This document shows positions 5,462 to 15,972 of a DNA stretch of 45,770 bases, piece after piece. The stretch is from IMG/VR virus record IMGVR_UViG_3300006099_000021. One strand, given 5' to 3'. Under the pieces are notes generated by a model. That model was not told the origin of the DNA, ran no database searches, and saw nothing but the letters and a program-made list of their open reading frames with translations. The stretch's first letter is position 1. The number at the start of each line of letters is the position of its first letter. This stretch comes from a virus. A program made the translations under genes and the position numbers.

Positions 5462-8440
5462 TTATAACCAATCGTTCAAATTTGTTATTTGAAATATAAA
5501 TGAACCATCGTTACGGCTTTCGTCGTCGCTTGTATCTACTTCGAAATAAGTAGATTGCAAATTTACTACGGTAGCTTTTATAGGGGCAGTTGAACTACCG
5601 GCGGAATAGCCCTTTCCTGTTGCCATAACTATATAGCTTCCTGCTATCAATCCCCAATTAGAAGGTACATTTACCCTATATCTACCTTCGCCCAATCTGC
5701 TAACGGATAAACTACCGTCGTCAAATGATTTATAGGAAATAGAAGCCCCCGAAGAATACCCGGAAACAACTCCTTGCGCCAATACATTCAAATTTCGGCC
5801 GTACCGCGAGGTTGTCATCATATTGACACGGCGCAGAACTATCCACCCAAAAAAGGTTTCATCATCGCCATACCCCATTAACTCTATAACTTCGCGGCTA
5901 ATTTGTAATTCCGATTTTGATATACCATCTTCGAAAAAATATTTTCCGCTCGGCGCGCTAATACCTGCCCCCCCTTGACTTATAGTGCTTCCCCAACGAT
6001 AGTTTACCAAACAAATACGTCTTCCGCTTTGTCCCAAGTCCCAAGGGATACCATATGCAGTTATCCAACCTCCACCACTTGAAAATAGTACCACATTATC
6101 GCTATAATCTACGTCTATGGAATCGGCTGCTTGTGTAAACGGGTTACGCAAAGAACCCGAAATTTTCACGTCTGTAAATATTCCCCCCTTGGCTTTCAAA
6201 TTGCCGTCTTTATCCCAAGTTATATTACCTTTGGCAAGCTGCCCAGAACCGTCCGTACCGCTAAAATAAACCATTGTTTGCCCGCTGGTGTTTTTAAGTT
6301 CTACCGTTGCGTTCGTTATTTTTACGGCCCCTGAATTATTTACGTTGTATTCTATCGCCCGATTTGCATTGCCTATCCTAAATTGGTTATTATCAAGGTC
6401 TATATATGTATTCCCGTCGCCCGTCTGAATACGTCCCGTTGTAATGAAGCGTCCGTTAATGGTCGTTGCGCCATAAGTAAGGGCAATAAGACGCGCCGGC
6501 CGCTTTCCGTCGGTGTCTGTTATTGCGCTGCTTAGGCTTCCTACCAGGAAATAGTAATATGTCGGGTCGCTGTCTACCTTTCGCTGTACTGTATCGAAAA
6601 CGATGTTTCCGGCCGTACCGGTCTTTTGGCAACGGGCGTATATATAGTACACCGTCCCGCTTACAAGGTTCGAAAAGGTAGCAGTATTTAGCTGCCAACT
6701 TTTTACGATTTCCGCTATCGTGTAGTGAACCAGCGTACCGCCTACCACCTTTACCGTATTGGGATTCCCTTCGTAGTTCGGTTCAAAGCGGGTATTCTGT
6801 AATACGAACTGCTGGGAACGTGCGCCGGTTGCTAACATGGTCGTTTCAATCGAAAGCGGCCTTATCTTCTCGCTGTAATAGTGGCCTTCGGGGTCGAACA
6901 CGTTAGCTAATACCTCTTGGCTGGCTTTCCAATTGCGGCGGGCCTTCGACGGGTCGGCAAGGTCGTTTATCTCTATAATATTGTCGATTTTCTGCAAGTC
7001 TTCGATAACGCGGGTAATCGTCGTTTTGGTTACGCTGTCGCCCAAGGTTATATTATACTTGTATTCCCGCAACAAATCGCGCGTAAAGGCTGTAATTCGT
7101 ACCGATTTGTTTACGCCTATGTCTTCATCTTCCACCGGGATATAATCGCCGACGGCGAAAAGGTTTACTACGGTCAATTCGCCGGCGAACTGACGTATAA
7201 AATTTTCGTCGATACTTAACCCGTATTGTACTTGCGGCTGGCTGTATTCGGTTATTGCCTTGTTACCTTCCGCAAGCAGTTCGTTTTCTGCGTCGGTCTT
7301 GTAAGCGTCCGGCAAATTTATATCCGTGAAGAAATACTTATCGCCTACGCCGAACTGAAACGCCGCACTTGTTTCGCTGGGGAACTTCATGCCGTTTTCG
7401 TCCGTGAACGGTACTACCTGTATTTCCTTCGTCGCGTGGTCGTACTTGTGTACGTCAAATTCATAGCCGGCCAAGTTCCCGGTAGTGAACTTTACCTTTG
7501 CGTTCACTCCGTCTATAAGCCACTTTGTATTACCCGCGCTATCCTTTTCGTTAAGGTCGAAGTTCATAGTAGCGTCCTTAAAGGCATAATACGCGCTTCC
7601 GGCGGCGGTTACTTCGCCGTAGCGTTCGGGTTTGATGTCGTCGAATATCTTTGTATTCTCCTTCAACCCGTAAGCCGCAATAGCGGCCGCGTCTTCGATG
7701 TAGGAAGCGTTCTTAGCCTTGCCCGGAAGACAAAGGCGGGTATAACGGTATTTGTCCCCAAGGTTGCTACTACCGCCATAGACGTATAGCCGGGTAACTA
7801 CATTCTTGGAATTGATGTTTTGGCGCGTCAATTCGTAAAGCCCGCCGGTACGCCCGTACCGGAAGGTATAGGGGAAGTTTACCCCGGCCGTTTTGATATT
7901 GAGCGTACGAACGCCGTTAGCTTGGGTAATCTCAAATTCGGTGCTGTATTGCTCGCAAAGGTCTTGCAACACTTCCAAACAATTCTTTTCCGTATAGGTT
8001 AGCGTCTTAAACTCCGTATCGGCCGGGAAAACGCCTAACACCCATTTACCCGGATATACGCGGGTAAGGTTCCCGATAAGAATACCTAAGAAGTCTTCCA
8101 AATCGCCCGTAAAGCTGTCTAATACGGTATCGTCCGGTAACAAAAATTGCGCGTCGATTAACTCGTACTGCACCCCTTCGAAGGTAAGGGTATATTCGAA
8201 GTTCCGGTTTCCGGTCTTCTTAATTCCCGGAAGCTGGTTAAGGGTATAGGTCTTCCCGTAAACGTCTATTTGGTCGCCCAAATGGAAGGTTAAGGGCGTG
8301 GCACTTTTAACGGTTATCGCCACCGTATCGGCCCCCAACAGCGTAATACTCTGTTCGGCCTTGGTAACGCCGGATTTACGCGCCCGTGAGGTCAAAAGGG
8401 CCGTAGTCCCGTCCGGGTGTCTTACTATAATTTGTTCCAT
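5462..8440 (-). CDS. Tail-associated protein (Tal-like / prophage tail endopeptidase family N-terminus) with long C-terminal extension
   Basis: 992 aa, positioned after the Dit-like gene. The N-terminal segment resembles siphovirus tail-tip proteins. Confidence 0.6.
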   Translation of the reverse strand: MEQIIVRHPDGTTALLTSRARKSGVTKAEQSITLLGADTVAITVKSATPLTFHLGDQIDVYGKTYTLNQLPGIKKTGNRNFEYTLTFEGVQYELIDAQFLLPDDTVLDSFTGDLEDFLGILIGNLTRVYPGKWVLGVFPADTEFKTLTYTEKNCLEVLQDLCEQYSTEFEITQANGVRTLNIKTAGVNFPYTFRYGRTGGLYELTRQNINSKNVVTRLYVYGGSSNLGDKYRYTRLCLPGKAKNASYIEDAAAIAAYGLKENTKIFDDIKPERYGEVTAAGSAYYAFKDATMNFDLNEKDSAGNTKWLIDGVNAKVKFTTGNLAGYEFDVHKYDHATKEIQVVPFTDENGMKFPSETSAAFQFGVGDKYFFTDINLPDAYKTDAENELLAEGNKAITEYSQPQVQYGLSIDENFIRQFAGELTVVNLFAVGDYIPVEDEDIGVNKSVRITAFTRDLLREYKYNITLGDSVTKTTITRVIEDLQKIDNIIEINDLADPSKARRNWKASQEVLANVFDPEGHYYSEKIRPLSIETTMLATGARSQQFVLQNTRFEPNYEGNPNTVKVVGGTLVHYTIAEIVKSWQLNTATFSNLVSGTVYYIYARCQKTGTAGNIVFDTVQRKVDSDPTYYYFLVGSLSSAITDTDGKRPARLIALTYGATTINGRFITTGRIQTGDGNTYIDLDNNQFRIGNANRAIEYNVNNSGAVKITNATVELKNTSGQTMVYFSGTDGSGQLAKGNITWDKDGNLKAKGGIFTDVKISGSLRNPFTQAADSIDVDYSDNVVLFSSGGGWITAYGIPWDLGQSGRRICLVNYRWGSTISQGGAGISAPSGKYFFEDGISKSELQISREVIELMGYGDDETFFGWIVLRRVNMMTTSRYGRNLNVLAQGVVSGYSSGASISYKSFDDGSLSVSRLGEGRYRVNVPSNWGLIAGSYIVMATGKGYSAGSSTAPIKATVVNLQSTYFEVDTSDDESRNDGSFIFQITNLNDWL

Positions 8441-9633
8441 ACGATAATACCGTTAGTAGTGAAACTTTCTATTTCTTCGATAACGCCAGCGACAATGGCG
8501 TAAAAAATTCCGTCGGTCGTATATTCGTGGCTGGTTGTTACGTCGGTTCCGTAAACGTCGTTCGTTTGGGTTCCGTCGCCCCAAAAGATAGTAACCGCTT
8601 TCGCGCTGGTTAGGGTAATCGTTAGCGTCTTCGTGTCATTGCTTAAACGATGGTGCCGTACGATACGCTTTACCGGGTCGGGTTCCTTCAACTTCAAGGT
8701 AAAGATTCCTACCATAAGGTCGTCGCGCCAACGCTTGTTAATAGCTACCCCGTTTTCGTTATAGACTTCGTAAAGCAACGGTTTTGTAGGGTGTATATCT
8801 ACCATAAGCCGCTGGGTGTTGGGCCGGCTGAATACGTCCAAGAAGTCGTTTAGCTTCGTAACAAAGTCTACCTTCCCGTTCGCTTTCATAAAGCAATTAA
8901 GGGTTATTTCGCGGGGTTGCAGTATCTTGTTTTCAAGGTCTACTATCTCCCCGTGATAATCCGGCCAATCGACGGAAACCGGGGCTTTCATCTTGGGCCG
9001 GTCAAGAAGGCCGCTACTTTCGCTTACATAAATATCCCAAGCCTTAAAATCGGTTCCGTCTATGCTGTAAGCCAATTGCGCCACCGTAGCGATACTATCG
9101 GTAATTTCCGCCTGCGTTAAAGCGGTATTATATACCTTCAATTCGTCGATACAACCGTAACCGTTGGCGGTCGTATAAATGTCTTGCAGGATAGCGAAAC
9201 CGGTAGGCTGGGCCGGTAGCGTAATGGTCTGCACTAATGCGGTGTCAAGGTAAATGCGGATTGTTAGGCCCTCTTTGACGATAACCCAATAGCCCCAAGT
9301 ATCGGCCGCAAGGTTAAACCACGCTTCCGTATAACCTTCCAACGCTTCCCACCGTGCGAAAAATCCGATACGCTTGCCTGTAAAACCGTCCGGGAAGGCC
9401 GAACGCTTCAACCAAGCAAGAAGGGTAAAGTTTCCGGTAAGGGGAATTACGTTTTTGTCTATATCGCAATGCCCGTTACCGTCGAACTTTATACAATTGC
9501 CTTGCTTTCCGCCGGTAAAGTCCGCTTCTACTACCGTACCGTCCGCCCGTGTCTTGCTGTAATCGTAGGCAACGGTAGAACCGGCCGCTTCATCGAAAGG
9601 CATATTTAGGATAATGTTACTTTCGTCTGCCAT
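8425..9633 (-). CDS. Distal tail protein (Dit-like) with N-terminal LamG/concanavalin-like domain
   Basis: 402 aa. The N-terminal half has LamG-like features (FDGNGHCDID ... LLAWLK ... IDELKVYNTALTQAEI). The C-terminal half resembles siphovirus tail proteins. Position is between the tape measure protein (TMP) and Tal. Confidence 0.55.
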   Translation of the reverse strand: MADESNIILNMPFDEAAGSTVAYDYSKTRADGTVVEADFTGGKQGNCIKFDGNGHCDIDKNVIPLTGNFTLLAWLKRSAFPDGFTGKRIGFFARWEALEGYTEAWFNLAADTWGYWVIVKEGLTIRIYLDTALVQTITLPAQPTGFAILQDIYTTANGYGCIDELKVYNTALTQAEITDSIATVAQLAYSIDGTDFKAWDIYVSESSGLLDRPKMKAPVSVDWPDYHGEIVDLENKILQPREITLNCFMKANGKVDFVTKLNDFLDVFSRPNTQRLMVDIHPTKPLLYEVYNENGVAINKRWRDDLMVGIFTLKLKEPDPVKRIVRHHRLSNDTKTLTITLTSAKAVTIFWGDGTQTNDVYGTDVTTSHEYTTDGIFYAIVAGVIEEIESFTTNGIIVWNKL

Positions 9634-9634
9634 A

Positions 9635-10153
9635 TCAATACGTTTTAGTCGTTTTACGAATAACTTTTATTGTCGCGTGTCCTTCGCCGTCGCCGGTGGT
9701 GGTCGTCAAGTTCCCGCCGTAGTGGTTTACGCAAATCTTCGCGTTATCCCGCGCTTCTACCTCTACGGTGGTATCGTCGAATACGTCTACCATGACGAAG
9801 GAATTACCGGTAGCAAGAACCTTTAACCGGCTTTGGTGCTTTACGAATACCTGCCCGACGTTCCAACCGTCGTAAGTGGCTGTACCCTCGCAATGCCCAA
9901 GGGCTACTACGTGCCGGAAGTTTCCGGCCGTAATAGCTCGGTCGAGGAATACGCCGTAGGCTTCGCAAGTGCCTACGAAGTGCCGGCGTATAAATTCATT
10001 GCTGGGGTACTCGTTGCTTAGGCAGAAGTCGATACCTTCAAGGTACATTTTTATAAGTTTGTCTTTCTCCTTGGTATCTATAAGGCGGTCGTACCATTCT
10101 TCGCAAATACCTTTCTTTTTGGCGTCGCGGGCCAATTGTTTATTTACTTTCAT
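9635..10153 (-). CDS. Hypothetical protein between tape measure and Dit-like gene
   Basis: 172-aa ORF, tightly packed with its neighbours, no recognised motif. Confidence 0.45.
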   Translation of the reverse strand: MKVNKQLARDAKKKGICEEWYDRLIDTKEKDKLIKMYLEGIDFCLSNEYPSNEFIRRHFVGTCEAYGVFLDRAITAGNFRHVVALGHCEGTATYDGWNVGQVFVKHQSRLKVLATGNSFVMVDVFDDTTVEVEARDNAKICVNHYGGNLTTTTGDGEGHATIKVIRKTTKTY

Positions 10154-10157
10154 ATCA

Positions 10158-13100
10158 TTACATAGTTATTCCTTGCGCCCGTAACGGGTCGGACGCGCTT
10201 CCCGAAGTGTTTTTTTCTATCTGTTCAAGGTACCGGTTCGATACGCTTAGCTTGCCGTCGATGTTGGCAAGGTGTATAAGCTGCTGGCGCAAAACCTCTA
10301 TTTGTTGTACTTGGTTTACACGCACGGCGTTCGTTTGCCCGGCCAATAGGTCTATACTCTCTTGGCTGGCTCCTTTAATCGCACCCGATAGGCTCGTAGT
10401 GGGGTCGCCCGTATCGTCCAAATCCTTAAACAGGTCTTCGTACAACTTCAAGGCTTCGGCGTACCCTTGGGCTATCGAGTTTACCCTATCCTTAAACCGC
10501 TGTTGTTCTTCCGGGGTCAAGCCGTCGAAGGAACCGCCGCCTTCTTCATCGAAACCCATATCGCGCTGCAACTGCTTTACGGCACTTTGTAGCTGCTGTT
10601 CAAGAAATTGTTTCTTTAAGGCGTTCTTTACGGCATTACCTAATACTTGGTTCGTAACCTTTTCAATCGCGCTTTTTACTTTGTCGCTGTTGAAGCCGTC
10701 GGAGTAGGCTTCGGCTATCGCGTCGGACAATTGCGTAGCCAAGTCCTTTGCCGAAGTCTGCGTTACGCTTTCCGTAATTTCGGCTATGGTGTCTTCGATT
10801 TGGCGGCCTAATTCTTCGTACTGCTCCTTATATTGGTTTACCTTACCACTATCGGTTTTTTTCTTGCTTTCTTCCGCTTCCCACATAGCCCGCAAGTGCG
10901 CTTGTTGTTCGCGCATATTGTTAATAAGGGCCTTTTGGTTATCGTAAACCGATTCGCCTAACGCATTATCTACGTCGTGTTCAAGTGCTTTGTAGGCGCG
11001 TTCCAATTCTTCGACGGCAGCAGCGTGTTTCTTAATGGCTCGTTCGGCCTTACGGTCGCGGAAGTTGAACACTTCGAACGCGGAAGAAATAAGGCCGATA
11101 CTACCCTGTATAATCCCCAGCGGGTTGCCGGTTGCGATACCGGTAGCCAACTGCCCGGCGGAACCTATCATTTCGCCGATGTCGCCTAAAAGCTGCTGGG
11201 TTACTTCGTCGCCGGCAAGTCCCATATTCGAAAGCGCACCCGTAACCGCGTCGAACGAACCCTTTACCAAATCGGCCGTAGCCCCTACACTTTTGAATAC
11301 TTCGGATAGGTTCGCTTTGCTTGCGTCCTTCTTATAGTCCTTCAAAGCCGTAGAAAGGGCCTTAAACGGGTTGCGGGTCTGTACTTCGTCCTTGGCTTCC
11401 CGTAGTTTGCTTAAAACTACGTCTAAGTCTTTCGGGTCGAGTTCTACGCCTAATTGGGCCTTTTGCGCTTCGATTTTGGCTATAAGGGCCTGTATTTGCG
11501 CCGTAGTAAGGTCGTCGAGGTTCCCGAAAAGTTGTTCCCAAGCCCCGCTATCCTGCAATTCCTGCAATGCAGCCGACGAAAGGGCCTTATTCTTGGCTTC
11601 CTGCAATTTCGCTACTAATTCTTCGTTATTCTGCTGGGTTGCCAATGCTATTTTTTCGTCGTATTGCGCGGAAATATCGGCGCATTTTTGCTGATATGTT
11701 TTGTATTCCTCTACCAATGCGTCGTAGTCTTCGTTCCCCGAACTTTTTGCGTATTTTTTGCGCTCTTTCTCCAAATTCGCCAAGGCTTCCAAGGCTATAC
11801 GGCGTTCGTCGTCCGTCTTGGCCTTCGCCAATTGCTCGTTAAGAAGGCGGCTATTTTCGGCGTAGTTGGCTTCAAAGGTTATCTTCTTACCCAAATAGTC
11901 CGCATATTCGGATAATAGGGCTTTTGTCCGGTCTTTGGCCTTTTGCTCTACGTCTTCCTGCTGCTTCTTAATAATGTCGCTTTTACCTTTGTCAAGGTCG
12001 GAACCGTCCCCGGTCAAAGCCTTACGCTTTTCTTCCAAGATATTAACCATTTCCAAAATGGAACGTGCCCCGGAAAGTTGTTCTTTAAGCTCCTTTTCGA
12101 ATCCGGCTAAAACGGTTTCCTTCGTTTCGTTGGCTATGGCGTTATTTAGCTTCTGCAATTCTTCGGCTTGTGTCTTTGTGGCCGTTCCGCTTCCGATAGC
12201 CTTAATAAGCTGGTCGCGCTGCTTCTGTAAATAATCCAAATAGCTACTTCCTTCTTTCAGCAACCCGGCGAACTCGGCTTTTGCGGCATTGCGTACTACT
12301 TCGTCTTTGGAATTTACCCAATTGTAATACTCCGTATATTTCTTTTTCCGGGCTTCCAATTGTTCCGTAAACGGGTCTTTTTGCGTAGTCTTAGAAGACG
12401 TGCCGGATAAATCCATTTTTTTAAGTAACGCTTCCTGTTCTTTGATTTTCGCCAATAACTCGGCCCGCTCCTTATCGGTGGTAGCTTCCTTATACTTTGC
12501 ACGCAACTTTGAAATAGTCTTTTCCAGAGCTTCTATACTGCCTTCCGCCACTTTATCCGCACCGCCCCCGATAGAATCCAAAATTTCGCGTTCTTTTGCG
12601 GTAAATTCTACTTGCTGGTTTATCAAGGCGTTATATTCCCGTTCCGCTTTCGCTACGGCATCTTCGGCCTTTTTCCAATCGCGGGATTTTTCAATTATAA
12701 CGCCTTTACGCTCTACGCCGTAACCGTCCTTATATGTTCCCTTCTTCGATACATACGCTTTCGGAGTAGCTTCTAATTCCTGCTGGGCTTTTAATACTTC
12801 CTTGTATTTCTCTACGGCCAATTCCTGTACGGCTAACGCTTTGGCCCGTTCTAAGCAGGCTTCTATAAACTTCGACTTATTAGCTACTAACAAGTCTTCC
12901 GCTTCTTTAACCGTCTTAATGGAAAATCCCAAGTCCTCGAAGCGGTCTTTATTGTCTTCGATAAACTTGTTTTTAGCGGCCATATCGTTACCCAGCCGGT
13001 TCCATGCGGTGGAAAGCTCGGTAATTGCTGTAACCGGTTCGGCGGCAGCTTCTACCACTTTGTTATTAAATTCTTCTTGCGCCTTCTTTGCTTCCCGATT

Positions 13101-14096
13101 CTTGGATATGAATTTGGAAATTAAGGCTATCGCAGCGGTAATCACTACTGAAAGGCCAAGGGTTAAGGTCGCCATTAACGCCTTTGCCGCTACGTTGGAA
13201 ATACCCAAAGCCGTAGCAAACTTCATTTCCGCTACGGTAAGTAATTCTTTCGCCTTGCGAACTAATACAAGCTGGGTATATGAATCCTTGTTTAAGGTGT
13301 TGGCTACCTGCTGTAAGCCTATGGTTATAGCCATAAGGGACTGAACTTTAACCATAATCTTTTGCAAGTTTTCATTTTCCCCGGCAAACAGTCCTACCGC
13401 ACCCTGCGCGGCCGAAAAAGCCCCGCTTATACCGCCCATTACCTCTAATACGGTATTCATATTTTGGTAGTCGTCGGACATAATTTTAGCCTGCGTATTT
13501 GCGTCGGCCATAGCGTCCGCCAAACGGCCTAATTCCGCCTGCATAGCCCGGTATTCGTCCGTATTACGCTTCCCGTTCTGTTCCATTTCCGCAAGTGAAT
13601 TTTTAAGGTTCATAACTTGCGTTCGTAACATGCCTTTCGCCTTCGCGTTTTGCTCTACCTTGGCCTTATTCTCGTTTAAGGTTTGTTCTTCTTTCTGTAA
13701 AGCGTCCGCCGTGTTCGCCACTTCCTGCAAAAGTGCTTTCCGCTGGGCTATTTCGTCTTTTATAGCCTGTTGTTTGGCCGTTAATGCCCTATATTCTTCG
13801 TCCCCCTTGGCGGTGCCTTTCATAAAGGCGGCCCCGGCCGCTTCGCCCAAGCGGGCGTACTCTTTTTCAAGGTCGGCGATTGCGTTACTATGGATTGCGG
13901 CCATAGTGTCTATATCCTTAAACGCCGCTTCAATTTGTGCGGCGGCTTCTCTGTACGCGGCTTCCATACGGTCGCCGCCTTCTACGGTTGCGTCCGTGAA
14001 ACCCTGTACGCGCCTTTTGGTTTCGGCCAATGCGCTATTTATTTGCCCGTTATTCGCAATTATATCGAACTCCAAGGCACCGCCTTTTATATTCAT
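10158..14096 (-). CDS. Tail tape measure protein
   Basis: 1312 aa, highly alpha-helical/coiled-coil (Ala/Glu/Lys/Gln-rich) with a hydrophobic central segment. Located after the chaperone genes. Confidence 0.85.
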   Translation of the reverse strand: MNIKGGALEFDIIANNGQINSALAETKRRVQGFTDATVEGGDRMEAAYREAAAQIEAAFKDIDTMAAIHSNAIADLEKEYARLGEAAGAAFMKGTAKGDEEYRALTAKQQAIKDEIAQRKALLQEVANTADALQKEEQTLNENKAKVEQNAKAKGMLRTQVMNLKNSLAEMEQNGKRNTDEYRAMQAELGRLADAMADANTQAKIMSDDYQNMNTVLEVMGGISGAFSAAQGAVGLFAGENENLQKIMVKVQSLMAITIGLQQVANTLNKDSYTQLVLVRKAKELLTVAEMKFATALGISNVAAKALMATLTLGLSVVITAAIALISKFISKNREAKKAQEEFNNKVVEAAAEPVTAITELSTAWNRLGNDMAAKNKFIEDNKDRFEDLGFSIKTVKEAEDLLVANKSKFIEACLERAKALAVQELAVEKYKEVLKAQQELEATPKAYVSKKGTYKDGYGVERKGVIIEKSRDWKKAEDAVAKAEREYNALINQQVEFTAKEREILDSIGGGADKVAEGSIEALEKTISKLRAKYKEATTDKERAELLAKIKEQEALLKKMDLSGTSSKTTQKDPFTEQLEARKKKYTEYYNWVNSKDEVVRNAAKAEFAGLLKEGSSYLDYLQKQRDQLIKAIGSGTATKTQAEELQKLNNAIANETKETVLAGFEKELKEQLSGARSILEMVNILEEKRKALTGDGSDLDKGKSDIIKKQQEDVEQKAKDRTKALLSEYADYLGKKITFEANYAENSRLLNEQLAKAKTDDERRIALEALANLEKERKKYAKSSGNEDYDALVEEYKTYQQKCADISAQYDEKIALATQQNNEELVAKLQEAKNKALSSAALQELQDSGAWEQLFGNLDDLTTAQIQALIAKIEAQKAQLGVELDPKDLDVVLSKLREAKDEVQTRNPFKALSTALKDYKKDASKANLSEVFKSVGATADLVKGSFDAVTGALSNMGLAGDEVTQQLLGDIGEMIGSAGQLATGIATGNPLGIIQGSIGLISSAFEVFNFRDRKAERAIKKHAAAVEELERAYKALEHDVDNALGESVYDNQKALINNMREQQAHLRAMWEAEESKKKTDSGKVNQYKEQYEELGRQIEDTIAEITESVTQTSAKDLATQLSDAIAEAYSDGFNSDKVKSAIEKVTNQVLGNAVKNALKKQFLEQQLQSAVKQLQRDMGFDEEGGGSFDGLTPEEQQRFKDRVNSIAQGYAEALKLYEDLFKDLDDTGDPTTSLSGAIKGASQESIDLLAGQTNAVRVNQVQQIEVLRQQLIHLANIDGKLSVSNRYLEQIEKNTSGSASDPLRAQGITM

Positions 14097-14904
14097 CGGA
14101 TAATGCTATTTATTTGTTGTAAAATACTTTCGGCGTTCTCGCTGGTTATCTTGGTTGTCGTGTTGCCCGCTGTATTGCCGTCTTCGTCGTCGGCCATGCG
14201 CGGCGCGTCGATTAACAACCGTTGAACAACGGCCCAAGCTACGCCGTGATGTAAGTAATCCCAAGTCCAGCCAAGGTGGGCGCAAATCGAACCCCGGCGG
14301 CCGTAAGGACTATTAAGCCCGGTTACTCTATGCGCTCCGTCCTCGGTTGGGTCGTCCTTGCGCCGCTCTGCAATCGCATAGAGTTTATAAAATCCCCTAA
14401 GTTGCTTACGCTGGTTATGGCTTCGGAAAGCCCTACCAATTTGGAAGGTTTAATAGTGTGGAAGAAAAGGGCCGTAAGCCGGTCTAACTCCTTATCGTCG
14501 TTGTATTTTTTTACCCTTCCACCCGCGCAAACTTCGGTAACGTGGTAATCTTCGCCCAATACGGCAATAGCGATTATTCGGGCCATACGTGCGGCGTTAT
14601 CTTTGGCTATCCGTTTAGCTTCCGCCAAGGTTTCCGTTCCGCCGGCCGTAAGTCGGTCTTCGTTTACCACCATTTCTACCCATATCGCGCTAAGCCTGTC
14701 AAGAACCGAAAGCGTAGGTTCCTGTATTTCGAAATCCTCTTTTACCGTAACTACTTCGGGGCGTTGAAAGAACCCTTTAACGCCTTTTTTACGTCGGCGA
14801 ACTTTGTGCGTAACGCTGAACTTTATACCCTGCTTTACCAAAAGGTTAAGTTCTTCGCGCTCTAACTCAAAATCCGTTTTTTCTCTTATGTTATCTTCGT
14901 TCAT
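14093..14904 (-). CDS. Tail assembly chaperone, -1 frameshift-extended product (gpGT-like)
   Basis: The -1 frame is open from 14449 down to a TGA at 14095..14093 that overlaps the TMP ATG (ATGA). It has no plausible independent start until 14197. A TTTT run at 14389..14392 is a possible slip site. Confidence 0.5.
14323..14904 (-). CDS. Tail assembly chaperone (gpG-like, zero-frame product)
   Basis: 193-aa ORF between the major tail protein and TMP genes. Confidence 0.6.
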   Translation of the reverse strand: MNEDNIREKTDFELEREELNLLVKQGIKFSVTHKVRRRKKGVKGFFQRPEVVTVKEDFEIQEPTLSVLDRLSAIWVEMVVNEDRLTAGGTETLAEAKRIAKDNAARMARIIAIAVLGEDYHVTEVCAGGRVKKYNDDKELDRLTALFFHTIKPSKLVGLSEAITSVSNLGDFINSMRLQSGARTTQPRTERIE

Positions 14905-14920
14905 ATCGTTTTATACTAAG

Positions 14921-14953
14921 AAAGCCCCCCGAAACTTTCATTTGGGGGGCTTT
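14921..14953 (-). terminator. Hairpin terminator/attenuator after the major tail protein gene
   Basis: agcccccc / ggggggct stem with a 13-nt loop, followed on the minus strand by cuuucuu. Confidence 0.5.
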
Positions 14954-14980
14954 CGGGTTCGAACAAGGATTTTCCCCGCG

Positions 14981-15517
14981 TTATGCCTGTACGTCTGTCG
15001 GGGTCATAAGCGTAGCGGTCATTTTCTTAGTTCCCGTTTTGGTCGGCTGCAATACGGTACCGGCGACCTCGATAAGAAGAATACCGCTTTTACTGAAAGT
15101 TGCGTTAATCTTACTTACGAGTTTCATGCGCGGAATCTCGAATTTAAGGCCCTGTTCCGGGGTAATGCGTACCGACTTTTCGACTACGGGGATTTTATCC
15201 GGAGCTTCCCATTTATCCGGCGTTGAACCCGTGCCGGGGGTACCTACGCCGCCCAAAAGGTCGGCAAGAACCGTAACCGAAGGGTTCATAATCGAAAAGT
15301 TGAAGTTCGTTTTTCCGCCCCGGCTAATGCTTATTACGGGGTCGTCCACTTCTTCGGCGTAGTGGTCGGTTGTTTCCGGGTCTTCCTGCGTCATCGTGCA
15401 GGTGTCTTGGTAGGTATAACCCAATACGTCCAAGGTTTCGCCCATACCGCCGTCCTCGGCAATTGCTCCTACCTCAATCTTGGAAAGACCGATAGTATAA
15501 GTTTTCTTTGCTGCCAT
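14981..15517 (-). CDS. Major tail (tube) protein
   Basis: 178 aa, located directly upstream of the chaperone/TMP genes and followed by a hairpin. Confidence 0.6.
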   Translation of the reverse strand: MAAKKTYTIGLSKIEVGAIAEDGGMGETLDVLGYTYQDTCTMTQEDPETTDHYAEEVDDPVISISRGGKTNFNFSIMNPSVTVLADLLGGVGTPGTGSTPDKWEAPDKIPVVEKSVRITPEQGLKFEIPRMKLVSKINATFSKSGILLIEVAGTVLQPTKTGTKKMTATLMTPTDVQA

Positions 15518-15528
15518 TGTCGTAAATT

Positions 15529-15972
15529 TTAATTAGTTCGTTGTATATTCCATTCTACCCGCAAGTTGTTGTAATGCTCGTTAATGCCCGGTTCTTTAAT
15601 TATGGCTTCCGTAGAAACCCGAATAGTCAGCCCGGTAATGTTCGCCGATTTTAGAACCGATAGAACAATAGCCGTTAGTTCGCGTATTCGCTCCCTATGC
15701 GCCTTAAATTGTTCGGTTCGGCCTATCCTTTCCTTTTTGTCGGGGACGTGGATATTTACGTTTGAAGTTCCGGTTTGCGGTACTTCGTGGTTTAGGAATA
15801 GGTTGTTAATTACTACGTCTTCCTTCCCGGAATTATCCGGCCGTTCTCCCTGCACGAATATTCCGCCGCTAAGGGCCGCTTTCAATTCGGCCGAAGCGTT
15901 CAGAATCTCAAAAAGAATATCATCGGTTTCTATACTCTGCATACCTCTTTGTGTTAAATCCATAACCGGCAA
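15529..15972 (-). CDS. Tail completion/terminator-like protein (by position)
   Basis: 147-aa ORF between the head-tail joining genes and the major tail gene. Confidence 0.4.
   Translation of the reverse strand: MPVMDLTQRGMQSIETDDILFEILNASAELKAALSGGIFVQGERPDNSGKEDVVINNLFLNHEVPQTGTSNVNIHVPDKKERIGRTEQFKAHRERIRELTAIVLSVLKSANITGLTIRVSTEAIIKEPGINEHYNNLRVEWNIQRTN

Noticed and set aside
10207-14225. Series of plus-strand ORFs (up to 180 aa) antisense to the tape measure gene
   Set aside because: These are Ser/Ala/Phe-rich shadow ORFs, typical of the antisense frame of a long, compositionally biased gene. The 1312-aa minus-strand ORF explains the region.
14944-14970. tRNA-like fragment (gggttcgaaca) near the tail-gene hairpin
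   Set aside because: There is no acceptor or anticodon arm structure around it. The G-run belongs to the terminator hairpin. No tRNA gene was recognised anywhere in the window.
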